From: Bacteroidia bacterium
GTDB taxonomy: Bacteria; Bacteroidota; Bacteroidia; UBA4408
Assembly (NCBI GenBank): GCA_023262495.1
Contig: JALRAS010000001.1
Location: 4,486-68,485 of the forward strand
DNA length: 64,000 nucleotides
Direction of reading: 5' to 3'
The notes beneath the pieces were generated by a model. The model was given only the letters and a program-made list of their open reading frames with translations, did not search any database and was not told the DNA's origin. The position numbers and the translations under genes are program-made. Each line of letters begins with the position of its first letter. Positions within the stretch are counted from its first letter, which is position 1. Shown piece after piece: positions 40,739 through 50,566 of the stretch.

Positions 40739-41827
40739 TTAAGGACGATGGTAAATTATTCCATTGGGTTCGAAATAATTTAAACTACACTCCAATTTTT
40801 TATGAAATATATGAGCCGGAATTTGAGCGAACTGTTTTTCAAAAATAATTTTAAGTTTTGAATGAAATACCTCACTGATACTACTGTATATGAAGGTTTC
40901 AGCAATCGTATGAAATAAAATATTTTGTTCGTATAAAGATACTTTGGGCTTTAATTTCTGACATAACTGCAACAAATAATATGCGTAGTCTTCCTGTGAC
41001 TTTTGAGATGTATTCATCAACTTCAAATACCATAACTTGTATGCCATAAAACGTATGAACGGAAAAATATAAATTTCATTTATTTGTGATTCTATTAATT
41101 CAAATTCCGCATAAAGTGACTTTCCAATAGTTTGGGCTTTTTTGTAATTTTTAGTAACCAAATAATAACGAAATATTACACAATTTCCAAAAATATAATC
41201 TTGAAAGGAGGAAATACTTTGATATTTATTCACCCCTTTTAAATATGATGAATAGTTTAAATCAAAATATTTAATACGAAATTTGGGATCATAACCTTGC
41301 TCCATAAGGTATTCACGAACAAATTTTTGATTTGCAAAATAATTTATAAAAGTATTAGGATTGGGGATCATTTGAAGATTATCAAAGAGCGCAAGGGTTA
41401 CACTTGTTTTATAATCATGTGATTCACTGCTCAGTGCATCAAAAAAATCATTAAGAGGTTTAAAGGAATTGTTCCATAGGCAATGAAATATTAAATGCTT
41501 GTCCATAAGATAACCAGAATTTGAAGTATCTGATGGTACATAAAATTGTTCCAAATTAAGACGATTTAAAAAATCAGATATATCTGCGTATCCTAAAAAA
41601 CGACATAAAATATTTAATGTGCTTTTATAAGGATTATGCTTATCCGGTTGAAAATAAATTCTATAGATTGTTGTCACTGATAAATACCCAGCACCACTTT
41701 CTGAAATCAATTCTGAAAGCTTCATACAATCGGATTTACCGGAAACTGTAAACCTTACTTTTATTGCAAGTTCCTTTTTTAATCGTTCAATAACTAAAGG
41801 ATTAACTATTGCATTTACTTGATTCAT
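40739..41827 (-). CDS. Hypothetical protein with a predicted N-terminal helix-turn-helix
   Basis: 362 aa, very AT-rich codon usage. Residues ~35-57 (MKLSELISESGAGYLSVTTIYRIY) look like an HTH. The rest has no recognisable motif. It ends 6 bp upstream of the DMT gene. Confidence 0.45.
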   Translation of the reverse strand: MNQVNAIVNPLVIERLKKELAIKVRFTVSGKSDCMKLSELISESGAGYLSVTTIYRIYFQPDKHNPYKSTLNILCRFLGYADISDFLNRLNLEQFYVPSDTSNSGYLMDKHLIFHCLWNNSFKPLNDFFDALSSESHDYKTSVTLALFDNLQMIPNPNTFINYFANQKFVREYLMEQGYDPKFRIKYFDLNYSSYLKGVNKYQSISSFQDYIFGNCVIFRYYLVTKNYKKAQTIGKSLYAEFELIESQINEIYIFPFIRFMAYKLWYLKLMNTSQKSQEDYAYYLLQLCQKLKPKVSLYEQNILFHTIAETFIYSSISEVFHSKLKIIFEKQFAQIPAHIFHKKLECSLNYFEPNGIIYHRP

Positions 41828-41857
41828 ACTTTCGTAACGAGGAATTTTAAATTATAA

Positions 41858-42826
41858 TCAATAACACGCTAGCACCTCATCTGCCAAAACCTGTGCTAAT
41901 TTTACATTGGACTGATGAGACCAACCGGCAATATGCGGTGTAAGTATTACCTTATCGGAGTTAAATAGTGCTTTAATGGTTTCATTTTGATGTTGTTCAT
42001 TCAAATGCTCAAAGGATGTGTCTTCGTACTCTAACACATCAAGACACATTCCTAAAATTATATTTTGATTGAGTAGCGCTAACGCATCAGCAGTGCGCAG
42101 TATTTTACCACGCGCAGTATTGATTAAATAAAATGGTTTTTTAAATGCGCCAAGCCACTCCCCATTTATCATCCCATTTGTTTCGGGTGTTAAGGGTATA
42201 TGCAGAGAAACCACATCAGCTTCTTGTTGTATGCGTTGCAATGAACTCTCTTCTGCCCAAGAATGATTACTCAAGAAATTTTGCTTGTATTTATCATATA
42301 CCAACACCCTTACATTAAACCCTTGTAAGCGCTGTACAAAAGCACTACCCATATTGCCATAACCAATAACAGCCACTGTTTTTCCTGCAAGTTCCTCTCC
42401 CCTGTTGGCTTCACGCAGCCATTGGTATTGCCTTACCTGCTTATCGGCTCTATTAAGATGATTGAATAATGCCAGTAACATTCCTATAGCATGTTCTGCC
42501 ACTGCATCCTTATTTCCGGCTGCTGCGTGCAAGCATTTGATATTTTTTTGTTTGGCATAAGCTACATCTATATTTTCCATTCCCGCACCAAAACGAGCAA
42601 TAAACTTGAGTGCTTTGCCTGCATCAATCATTTCCTTGTCTATTTTAATTCTGCTTCTGATGACAATTCCATTAAATGAAGGAAGCTGATCAATTATTTT
42701 TGCTTTATCCCAATCGTATGCTTCGGTGATTATAAAATTATTTTCCAATAGAATTTGATGCAAAAGCGGATGCACAGTATCAATCACCAACACTGCTTTA
42801 TCATTCATGGCCTGTTGATTTTTCAT
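41858..42826 (-). CDS. D-isomer-specific 2-hydroxyacid dehydrogenase (PGDH-like)
   Basis: NAD-binding motif GYGNMGSAFVQRLQGFNVRVLVYD, and a catalytic His in HIAGWS. Confidence 0.85.
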   Translation of the reverse strand: MKNQQAMNDKAVLVIDTVHPLLHQILLENNFIITEAYDWDKAKIIDQLPSFNGIVIRSRIKIDKEMIDAGKALKFIARFGAGMENIDVAYAKQKNIKCLHAAAGNKDAVAEHAIGMLLALFNHLNRADKQVRQYQWLREANRGEELAGKTVAVIGYGNMGSAFVQRLQGFNVRVLVYDKYKQNFLSNHSWAEESSLQRIQQEADVVSLHIPLTPETNGMINGEWLGAFKKPFYLINTARGKILRTADALALLNQNIILGMCLDVLEYEDTSFEHLNEQHQNETIKALFNSDKVILTPHIAGWSHQSNVKLAQVLADEVLACY

Positions 42827-43295
42827 AGATTACAAACGTAAAGTCATAAGCATGTTTATCATCTTTTTGATGCCTTTCGTGAAATACCGGCTTCCATATA
42901 TTTTGATCTATAATTGGGAAAAAAGTATCTGCTTGGCAAGTGTGATGTACATGCGTGATATAAAGCTTATCGGCCATGATGAGTGCTTGCTGATAAATAC
43001 TTGCACCACCAACAATAAATACTTCTTCTGACTCGGCCTTTGCAATGCCATCCTGTAAATTATTAACGAGTATACAGCCCGGTGCTTCAATATGAGGATT
43101 GCTGCTTATAACAATATTTTGCCTTTTAGGCAGCGCCTTTCCAATACTTTGAAAGGTTTTTCGCCCCATGATAATGCTACTGTTGAGCGTAGTTTTTTTA
43201 AAGAATTGTAAATCATCGGGCAGGTGCCAAAGTAGTTGATTATTGAGACCTATGCCATTATTCTCGGCTATTGCAGCTATGACAGATATTTTCAA
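42801..43295 (-). CDS. folA: Dihydrofolate reductase
   Basis: MKISVIAAIAENNGIGLNNQLLWHLPDDLQFFKKTT…IMGRKTF, typical DHFR; 164 aa. Confidence 0.92.
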   Translation of the reverse strand: MKISVIAAIAENNGIGLNNQLLWHLPDDLQFFKKTTLNSSIIMGRKTFQSIGKALPKRQNIVISSNPHIEAPGCILVNNLQDGIAKAESEEVFIVGGASIYQQALIMADKLYITHVHHTCQADTFFPIIDQNIWKPVFHERHQKDDKHAYDFTFVIYEKSTGHE

Positions 43296-43359
43296 GGAGT
43301 TTATTTTTTAACAAAGGTAAAAGCAATTTCAGAAATGCAAAACAAACAGTAGATGATTG

Positions 43360-44067
43360 TTAACGATAGTCGGCATTGCCTGTATAGTCATCAAAACAGC
43401 GGCTTACCTTGTAGTATAAATCATAGTCATTGGCATAGTAAATCATCTCCTCCGATAATTTACAAAACATAATAAATGCACGTTGGTCAAACTTGGATAA
43501 ATCTATTTTTTTTACACTAAAGAAATAAGCGAGTCTTCTTTCTGCTCTCTCAAAAAACAATTCCTTTTTGTAAATTTCAATCAACTTCTGTCGCTCCCTT
43601 CCTTCTTTACTGTATTCGTAATACAATGCGCTTACAGGGCTTGTAAGTGCAGGTCGTGGGACATTGATGAAACGTTCGTAGAAGCTTTTCTGATTTTGTG
43701 TAAGCTCCCGTGGCCGCACCATCACAGTATTTAAATTATATGTTTTAGCAAACAAAATTACCTTTACATCATGCTTGCCTTCTTGCCTATCAATAAGCAA
43801 ACGTGCTTCAATTTTTCTTGCAATATAACCTATGCAACTGATCAATAGCGTGTCGCTGGGTTGTGCTTTAATTTCAAAATATCCCTTATCTGAGGTCACA
43901 GTTCCTACGCCATTTTTTTTATTCACCACATAGGCAAAAGGAATTGTGGTGGTGCTGTCTTTCTCGGTTACATAACCTTTTAATACCAGCGATTGTGCAT
44001 ACAAACCGGAAGATAAAGTAGTAAGCAACCAAAAAAAAATGATGATATAAATACCTGTGCCTCTCAA
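43360..44067 (-). CDS. Carboxypeptidase-regulatory-domain-like secreted protein, hypothetical
   Basis: A signal peptide followed by a KGYVTEKDSTTTIPFAYVVNKKNGVGTVTSDKGYFEI CarbopepD_reg-like beta-sandwich. Confidence 0.5.
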   Translation of the reverse strand: MRGTGIYIIIFFWLLTTLSSGLYAQSLVLKGYVTEKDSTTTIPFAYVVNKKNGVGTVTSDKGYFEIKAQPSDTLLISCIGYIARKIEARLLIDRQEGKHDVKVILFAKTYNLNTVMVRPRELTQNQKSFYERFINVPRPALTSPVSALYYEYSKEGRERQKLIEIYKKELFFERAERRLAYFFSVKKIDLSKFDQRAFIMFCKLSEEMIYYANDYDLYYKVSRCFDDYTGNADYR

Positions 44068-44421
44068 AAAATAGTAATATTTGGTGCAATTTAGGTAATT
44101 GTTTTCATTGCCTGTCTTCGTTAAACAATTTTCACAATTGGCAAATCAATTAGCCATAAATCAAATCTATAAGCATTCAATCCTTCAATGTAAGATAATT
44201 GCTTTTTATACGAATGTGATTGGTATTACCGCTAGGTTTCTTAAATGGCTGAAGAGTATACGACATAACAGAAATCTATGTCCCAAGTTATTTTTGGTTC
44301 AGGTTTAATTTGATGTAAAAATTGTTGTTTCATTACAATTGAAAAGATAAATTTGTGTTTAGAATCGGTTAATGTTGCACAAGATTCTTGCAACGAAAAA
44401 TAAATATATTCATTAAAAGTT

Positions 44422-45216
44422 ATGTGCGGACGTTACGTTGTTGTTCAAAAATGGGAAGAGCTTGAGAAGGCCTTTCATACTATTCCAACTGCTGTGACAA
44501 CTCCATATGTGGCTAATTATAACATTGGCCCTGGCAGTTATGCCCCAGTTGTCATTCTCGAGAATGGAGTACCAAAAATGATCAACATGCAGTTTGGACT
44601 TACTCCGTTTTGGGCATCAAAAAAAATGTACTTGTTTAACGCACGTAGCGAGGGAGACGGTAATGAGCATGATGATGTGCACTATACCGGAGGCAAGGGC
44701 ATTATCTCCAAACCGGCATTTCGAAAACCTATCAGAGAGCAGCGATGCTTGGTCATTGCCAACGCTTTTATGGAAGGGCCTAAAACAGAAAAGTTATCAA
44801 AACCCTACTTGTGTTATTTGCGTGATCGGGAGTTATTTTGCATGGCCGGCATTTACGACAGCTACATCGATAAAGCTACAGGAGAGGTTACACAATCATT
44901 TGCTATTATCACAACTGTAGCCAATGAACTGATGCAGAAAATTGGACATCACAGAAGTCCAGTAATTCTTGATCAACAAGATGAAATGCTTTGGCTTACA
45001 GGTACTGATTTATCAGCAATTACCCAGTTGCTCAAGCCCTATCCGGCAGCGGCAATGAATGCATATCCGATTGATGCGGCCATTAAAAATCAAAAAAACA
45101 ACGCTCCCGAATTTTTAAAACCCATAGGAAAGCCGCTCATGATCGAAACAGAGCAAGTAATGGTATCGGAGGAATACCTTTGGAATAAAAACAAACGTAT
45201 TCTTAGGAAAGAGTAA
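44422..45216 (+). CDS. SOS-response-associated peptidase (SRAP/YedK/HMCES family; abasic-site DNA-protein crosslink protein)
   Basis: It begins MCGRY, with the invariant Cys2 nucleophile after Met removal; 264 aa. Confidence 0.9.
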   Translation: MCGRYVVVQKWEELEKAFHTIPTAVTTPYVANYNIGPGSYAPVVILENGVPKMINMQFGLTPFWASKKMYLFNARSEGDGNEHDDVHYTGGKGIISKPAFRKPIREQRCLVIANAFMEGPKTEKLSKPYLCYLRDRELFCMAGIYDSYIDKATGEVTQSFAIITTVANELMQKIGHHRSPVILDQQDEMLWLTGTDLSAITQLLKPYPAAAMNAYPIDAAIKNQKNNAPEFLKPIGKPLMIETEQVMVSEEYLWNKNKRILRKE

Positions 45217-45238
45217 TCATTAATTTTAATCTCAAGAA

Positions 45239-46348
45239 TTACTCGTGAAAGCTCAGCACAGAGTGACCGCCATCGAGTAAGTATTTGTCACGCTGAAACA
45301 ACTTCACATCTGAAGCCACCATCTCGGTAATTAATTGTTCAACTGTAAGCTTAGGTTCCCAACCCAATTCTTTGCGAGCTTTCGAGGCATCCCCAACCAA
45401 TAAATCAACCTCACTCGGACGGAAATATTTGGGGTCTATTTCTACAATTACTTTTCCATTAGCTTTATTGATGCCCTTTTCGTCAACGCCTGAACCACTC
45501 CATTCAATTTCAATATTTACCTCTTTAAAAGCCAGTTCTATAAATTTTCTTACACTAATCTTTTTGCCTGTAGCTAGCACGTAGTCATCAGGTTTCTCCT
45601 GCTGCATCATTAACCACATTCCCTCCACATAATCTCGCGCATGACCCCAATCGCGCTCGGAATCAATATTACCCATGTATAATTTTTCTTGCAATCCCAA
45701 GCTTATTTTTGCTACTGCACGCGTTACTTTTCGGGTCACAAATGTTTCACCCCGCACAGGACTTTCATGATTGAATAAGATGCCGTTGCAAGCATAAAAG
45801 TTATATGCCTCACGGTAGTTTTTGGTAATCCAAAAGGCATACAATTTGGCAACTCCATATGGACTTCTGGGATAAAAAGGAGTAGTTTCTTTTTGAGGTA
45901 TTTCCTGCACCTCGCCATAAAGCTCAGATGTTGAGGCCTGATAAAATCGTGTTTTGTTGCCCAAGTTTAAAATGCGCAATGCCTCAAGTATTCGCAAAGT
46001 ACCAATACCATCAGCATTGGCGGTATATTCTGGAGTTTCGAATGAAACCTTCACGTGACTCTGTGCTGCTAAATTATAAATTTCATCGGGCTGCACTTCT
46101 TGAATGATCCGAATCAAGTTGGTACTATCGGTAAGGTCACCATAATGTAGGAAGAAATTTACTTTTTGCTCGTGCGTATCTTTGTACAAGTGATCAATCC
46201 TGTCGGTATTGAACATTGAGCTTCTTCTTTTTACCCCATGAACAATGTATCCCTTTTCTAATAAAAACTCTGCAAGGTAAGAACCATCTTGTCCTGTTAC
46301 ACCTGTTATAAGCGCTACTTTTGGCATGATTGACATATTAGATGGCAA
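45239..46348 (-). CDS. gmd: GDP-mannose 4,6-dehydratase
   Basis: [23 protein letters not shown]…, a catalytic YxxxK, and full-length SDR-extended GMD collinearity. Confidence 0.95.
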   Translation of the reverse strand: MPSNMSIMPKVALITGVTGQDGSYLAEFLLEKGYIVHGVKRRSSMFNTDRIDHLYKDTHEQKVNFFLHYGDLTDSTNLIRIIQEVQPDEIYNLAAQSHVKVSFETPEYTANADGIGTLRILEALRILNLGNKTRFYQASTSELYGEVQEIPQKETTPFYPRSPYGVAKLYAFWITKNYREAYNFYACNGILFNHESPVRGETFVTRKVTRAVAKISLGLQEKLYMGNIDSERDWGHARDYVEGMWLMMQQEKPDDYVLATGKKISVRKFIELAFKEVNIEIEWSGSGVDEKGINKANGKVIVEIDPKYFRPSEVDLLVGDASKARKELGWEPKLTVEQLITEMVASDVKLFQRDKYLLDGGHSVLSFHE

Positions 46349-46510
46349 AGATATACATTTTTTTAATTTTACATATTGTTGAAATGTGCCACAGCTATGG
46401 CATTGAGTGATATGTGGTTCGGTTTTTGCTGTGCATTAACAAATTTTTCAGAAACAATCGTAAAAAGTAACGTTTAAATCTTTCTAAATTTGTAAATCAA
46501 TAAACTCAAT

Positions 46511-47941
46511 ATGACGTGCAGATATATTTTATTGCTTGGCCTTTTTTTTAGCAGTTTGATTACGGGTTTTTCCAAAGAAAAGGACGCCTATAATATCAAA
46601 ATTAAAATCAACAACTTGAGTAACACAGCGTGTTACATGGGTTATCATTTTGCCGAGAAACAATATGTTTCCGATACCATAAAAGTAGATGCAAAAGGCA
46701 ATATGGTATTTAGTGGAACAAAGCCGCTCGATGGCGGAATTTATTTAGTAGTTACGCCAAGCAAGAAGTACTTTGAGGTAATTATTGCAGGAGAAACTGA
46801 ATTCTCGATGGAAACCGACACCCTCGATTTTATTAAAAACATGAAGGTTAAAGGATCAAAAGAAAACGAGTGGTTTTATGCTTATCTCAATTTTATGGGC
46901 GAAAAAAGCAAAATGCTTGAACCGCTCAACAAAAAAATGGAGCAATATAAATCTAACAAAGACTCGGCAGATGCAATCAGAAAGCGCATGTCGAAAATTG
47001 ATAGTGAGGTTAAGGAGTACAAGATTAACTTTATGAAGGCACAACCCAACTCGTTTTTAGCAAAAATATTCAGGACCTCACAAGACCCTGAAGTGCCCGA
47101 AGCTCCCAAATTACCAAATGGTAGGACCGACTCTACCTTTGCATACAAATATTTTAAGGCGCACTTTTTTGATGGTGTAGATTTCAGCGATGCACGATTA
47201 TTGAGAACGCCATTGCTGTATAATAAATATAAGCAATACCTCGAAAAACTCACTTATCAGATTCCCGATTCTATTGCTGAAGCATGTGTGTATTTATGTG
47301 AGAAAGCAAAGGCCAATAAAGAGGTATTTAAGTACACCGTTGTATATACTACAAGTACCTATGAAAGTTCAAAAATTATGGGCATGGATGCAGTTTTTGT
47401 ACGTTTGGTTGAAGACTATTACAATACAGGTCAGGCTTTTTGGGCAGACTCTACATTGATGTTTAAAATTTCTGACAGGGCGCGTATTTTAAAGCCCCTG
47501 CTGCTTGGTAAAAAAGCACCCAATTTGTTGTTATATGATAACAAAAAACAAATCCAACAACTTTGGGCAGTAAAATCAAAATATACGATTCTTTGTTTTT
47601 GGGACCCTGATTGTAGTCATTGTAAGAAAGCAGTTCCACAGTTAGCAGATACTTACCACAAAAGTTTGAAAGCAAAAGGATTTGAGGTATTTGCTGTGTG
47701 CACCGAAACCGAGGAAGCCAAATGGTTAAAATTTATTGAAGACAATAAACTCGATTGGATAAATGTGGCAGATTTAGAATTACACAATCACTTTAGGTCA
47801 ATATATGATATTAGCAGCACACCGGTGATATACATTTTGAATGAGAAAAAAGAAATTATAGCTAAAAAGTTGGGTGTAGAGCAAGTAGAAGATTTTATGG
47901 ACAACTACATCAAAGCTGAGCAAAAAAGAAAAATGAACTAA
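46511..47941 (+). CDS. TlpA-like thiol-disulfide oxidoreductase (thioredoxin fold) with a large N-terminal domain
   Basis: A signal peptide and a C-terminal thioredoxin domain with WDPDCSHCKK (CxxC). Confidence 0.75.
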   Translation: MTCRYILLLGLFFSSLITGFSKEKDAYNIKIKINNLSNTACYMGYHFAEKQYVSDTIKVDAKGNMVFSGTKPLDGGIYLVVTPSKKYFEVIIAGETEFSMETDTLDFIKNMKVKGSKENEWFYAYLNFMGEKSKMLEPLNKKMEQYKSNKDSADAIRKRMSKIDSEVKEYKINFMKAQPNSFLAKIFRTSQDPEVPEAPKLPNGRTDSTFAYKYFKAHFFDGVDFSDARLLRTPLLYNKYKQYLEKLTYQIPDSIAEACVYLCEKAKANKEVFKYTVVYTTSTYESSKIMGMDAVFVRLVEDYYNTGQAFWADSTLMFKISDRARILKPLLLGKKAPNLLLYDNKKQIQQLWAVKSKYTILCFWDPDCSHCKKAVPQLADTYHKSLKAKGFEVFAVCTETEEAKWLKFIEDNKLDWINVADLELHNHFRSIYDISSTPVIYILNEKKEIIAKKLGVEQVEDFMDNYIKAEQKRKMN

Positions 47942-47969
47942 TTACGGGCTTGCCTGTATCCTTAAAGAT

Positions 47970-48320
47970 ATGCACCAAATACAACTCGATACCATTAGGC
48001 TATATGCCTACCACGGCTGCCTGAAGGAAGAATCGCTCATTGGCAGTAACTATGAGGTAGATGTAATGATTAAAACTAATTTTACTGAAGCTGCGATTAC
48101 CGATGATTTATCGAAAACGGTTGATTATTGTGAAGTATTTGATATCGTAAAAGAAGAAATGAATATAAGGGCTAATTTGCTCGAAAATGTTGCGCTTCGC
48201 ATTGTTAAACGCATGAAGAATACCATTGCCAACATTGAACAAGTAAGCGTAAAAATAACCAAACTCAATCCGCCAATGAATGGCAATGTGAAAGGCGTTT
48301 CAATTATTATTGAGGAGTAG
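47970..48320 (+). CDS. folB: 7,8-Dihydroneopterin aldolase
   Basis: 116 aa; IRLYAYHGCLKEESLIGSNYEVDV matches the FolB family. Confidence 0.85.
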   Translation: MHQIQLDTIRLYAYHGCLKEESLIGSNYEVDVMIKTNFTEAAITDDLSKTVDYCEVFDIVKEEMNIRANLLENVALRIVKRMKNTIANIEQVSVKITKLNPPMNGNVKGVSIIIEE

Positions 48321-48446
48321 CAGAAACTTATTGTAGTAGAAATTTAGTCCCAAACCATTGAAATTTATATTATTTTGAGGGGCAACCCGGAAAGTAAAAT
48401 ACAATCTGTATCTATTATTTTGATTGCCATTTGATTATCAATGGCA

Positions 48447-49433
48447 TTACTTTTTCATCATCCAAATTGCGCCATGCTTTGTCGTGAATTTTTGTAGTTT
48501 CCCTTTAGATACCAATTCGTTTAATTGTGTTTCACTGTTTGATCTGCCAATACCTGAAAGTTCGGCAAATTCTTTGGCAGTTAATGAATAATAGTTTTCA
48601 AACAGGGCCTCCCAATTTTTACTGTAAATCTGTTTCTCTGCCGTAGGATTGAGTTTTAAAATGGCGGTTTCAAAAAAAGGGTATGGCTTTGTACCGTAAA
48701 TAATTTCTTTATTTCCCGATTGATTTGTGAAGAAGAGCGTTGGAAATCCTCTCACTCCGTATGTTTTGGCTGCTTTTAAATCTTCTTCGAAAAGCACCTT
48801 GCCCCTGCCCTCGAAATCTTTTTTCAATTGCACTGTATCTATACCAACCTTTGTGGCAGCTGTTGCAATATTGTCCCATTTGGCAATGTTCTTCTTATAG
48901 AGAAATACCATTTCGCGCATCTCTCTTAAAAATAAAAGTGCCTTTTCTTGATCCTGTAATTGAGCTGCTTTGAAAGCAATAGATGGTGGATAAGATGAGC
49001 TCAAAGGGTCTTCGAGCCAAATATCGCCATCAATTGGCATATCATAATAAGCACTTACCTCATCCCAATGATGTGCCACATCTGAAGGCTTACTGATGCC
49101 CCCAACATTATAATTCCAATCGGGCAGTAAGCCACCCATACGGTATTCAATTTCTATTTGGTTTCCATATTCTAACTTCAGCTTTCGCAGTTGTGGCTCA
49201 ATCCCCCAACAAGCAGAACAAATGGGGTCGGTAAAATAAATGACCTTTACAGATTTTTCTGAATGCTGATTGGCTATATTTTTTTCAGCTGTGCTATCGG
49301 CTGTACCACATATTCCTTGAACAGGATTACACAACAACGGATTATTTTTTTCTGTCATTTTTGTTTGGTTTTGAGCCCTGCACGCCACCGAAGCAAACAA
49401 GACTATTTGAATTGCTAATATTACTTTTTTCAC
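48447..49433 (-). CDS. Secreted DsbA-family thioredoxin-fold oxidoreductase; paralogue of the C-terminal domain of the 32790..34709 fusion
   Basis: Signal peptide, then IYFTDPICSACW (CxxC) and IDGDIWLEDPLSSSYPPSIAFKAAQLQD. The C-terminal ~60 aa (TAKEFAELSGIGRSNSETQLNELVSKGKL) look winged-helix-like. Confidence 0.7.
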   Translation of the reverse strand: MKKVILAIQIVLFASVACRAQNQTKMTEKNNPLLCNPVQGICGTADSTAEKNIANQHSEKSVKVIYFTDPICSACWGIEPQLRKLKLEYGNQIEIEYRMGGLLPDWNYNVGGISKPSDVAHHWDEVSAYYDMPIDGDIWLEDPLSSSYPPSIAFKAAQLQDQEKALLFLREMREMVFLYKKNIAKWDNIATAATKVGIDTVQLKKDFEGRGKVLFEEDLKAAKTYGVRGFPTLFFTNQSGNKEIIYGTKPYPFFETAILKLNPTAEKQIYSKNWEALFENYYSLTAKEFAELSGIGRSNSETQLNELVSKGKLQKFTTKHGAIWMMKK

Positions 49434-49489
49434 TTTATGCGAGTTCGAAATTTTATCAGTGCTTTACAAAAATCATAATTGTTTATATA

Positions 49490-50566
49490 TCATTGATTAC
49501 AGTTTTTACTTGAACCCTCTGCGGCAACGCGCTCATAAAGACTCAAATAAGCCGCTGCTGATTTTTCCCAAGTAAACTGTGCGGCATGCGCTTTAATACG
49601 AGCTACTTTCAACTGATCGTTTTGATAAGTTTTCATACCCCTTTCAAAAACTTGCAGCATGTCTTCTGCATTAAAATTTTTCCAGTAGAAAGCTTCGCTG
49701 CCACCGATTTCGGGCAAACAAGTATTGTTACTCAAAAAAACCGGCTTCCCAAAGAGCATTGCCTCGATAACAGGTAATCCAAAACCTTCGGAAAGTGAAG
49801 GAAAAACAAAGGCATAACAGTGTTGATACAAGGTAAATTTGAGGGCATCACTCACTATGCCTAGCATATGCACCTGGGAAGAAACGCCCATTTTGCTGGC
49901 TAAATCTTTAATTTCTTGCACGTAGTGATGATTGTTGTTTCCCGCTATGACCAATTTTAAATCTTTCCTGGCACTTAGTAATGGCAACAAAACATGAAAG
50001 TTTTTCTTCGGATTAATAATCCCAATGGTGAAAAGATATGCCTGATTTTTAAGCATGTCGGGCAATGCAGCAGTATCATCTGTTTTTACACTTACACCAT
50101 TGTAAATCACATACAACTTTTTTTCATCAATGCGAAGGTGACGCTTAATTTCTTCGGCAGTGAATTTTGAAATTGCTGTAACAGCCACTGCGCTGTTTAC
50201 TTTACGCTGCAAGGCATACAACTTCCATTGCTTTTTCAGTCCTTTGTATTTGTATAAAAAATTCAAATCATGAATGGTCAGTATCAATTTACCTTTTCGG
50301 GGTAAAAATTTTGATTCTTGATGCGTGCAATGCCATACCTCATAATTTTTTGGCCTGTTGAAGAGGAATGAAAGATGACTTTTAAGTTTGAGGTATCGTG
50401 CATGAATACCAAAAATTCCCTCACGATTTTTGGGTACCAAGAAATATAAATCAAACTTCTTTTGCTGCTCACATAAGGCATGGCCTAATCCCAAACAAAA
50501 CTGACCTAACCCACTGTTTAGGTTACGCAGCTTTTCCATTTCTATGAGAATTTTTGGCTTATTCAT
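49490..50566 (-). CDS. Glycosyltransferase family 4 (GT-B, group 1)
   Basis: EGFGLPVIEAMLFGKPV matches the GT4 E-x7-E region. Confidence 0.8.
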   Translation of the reverse strand: MNKPKILIEMEKLRNLNSGLGQFCLGLGHALCEQQKKFDLYFLVPKNREGIFGIHARYLKLKSHLSFLFNRPKNYEVWHCTHQESKFLPRKGKLILTIHDLNFLYKYKGLKKQWKLYALQRKVNSAVAVTAISKFTAEEIKRHLRIDEKKLYVIYNGVSVKTDDTAALPDMLKNQAYLFTIGIINPKKNFHVLLPLLSARKDLKLVIAGNNNHHYVQEIKDLASKMGVSSQVHMLGIVSDALKFTLYQHCYAFVFPSLSEGFGLPVIEAMLFGKPVFLSNNTCLPEIGGSEAFYWKNFNAEDMLQVFERGMKTYQNDQLKVARIKAHAAQFTWEKSAAAYLSLYERVAAEGSSKNCNQ

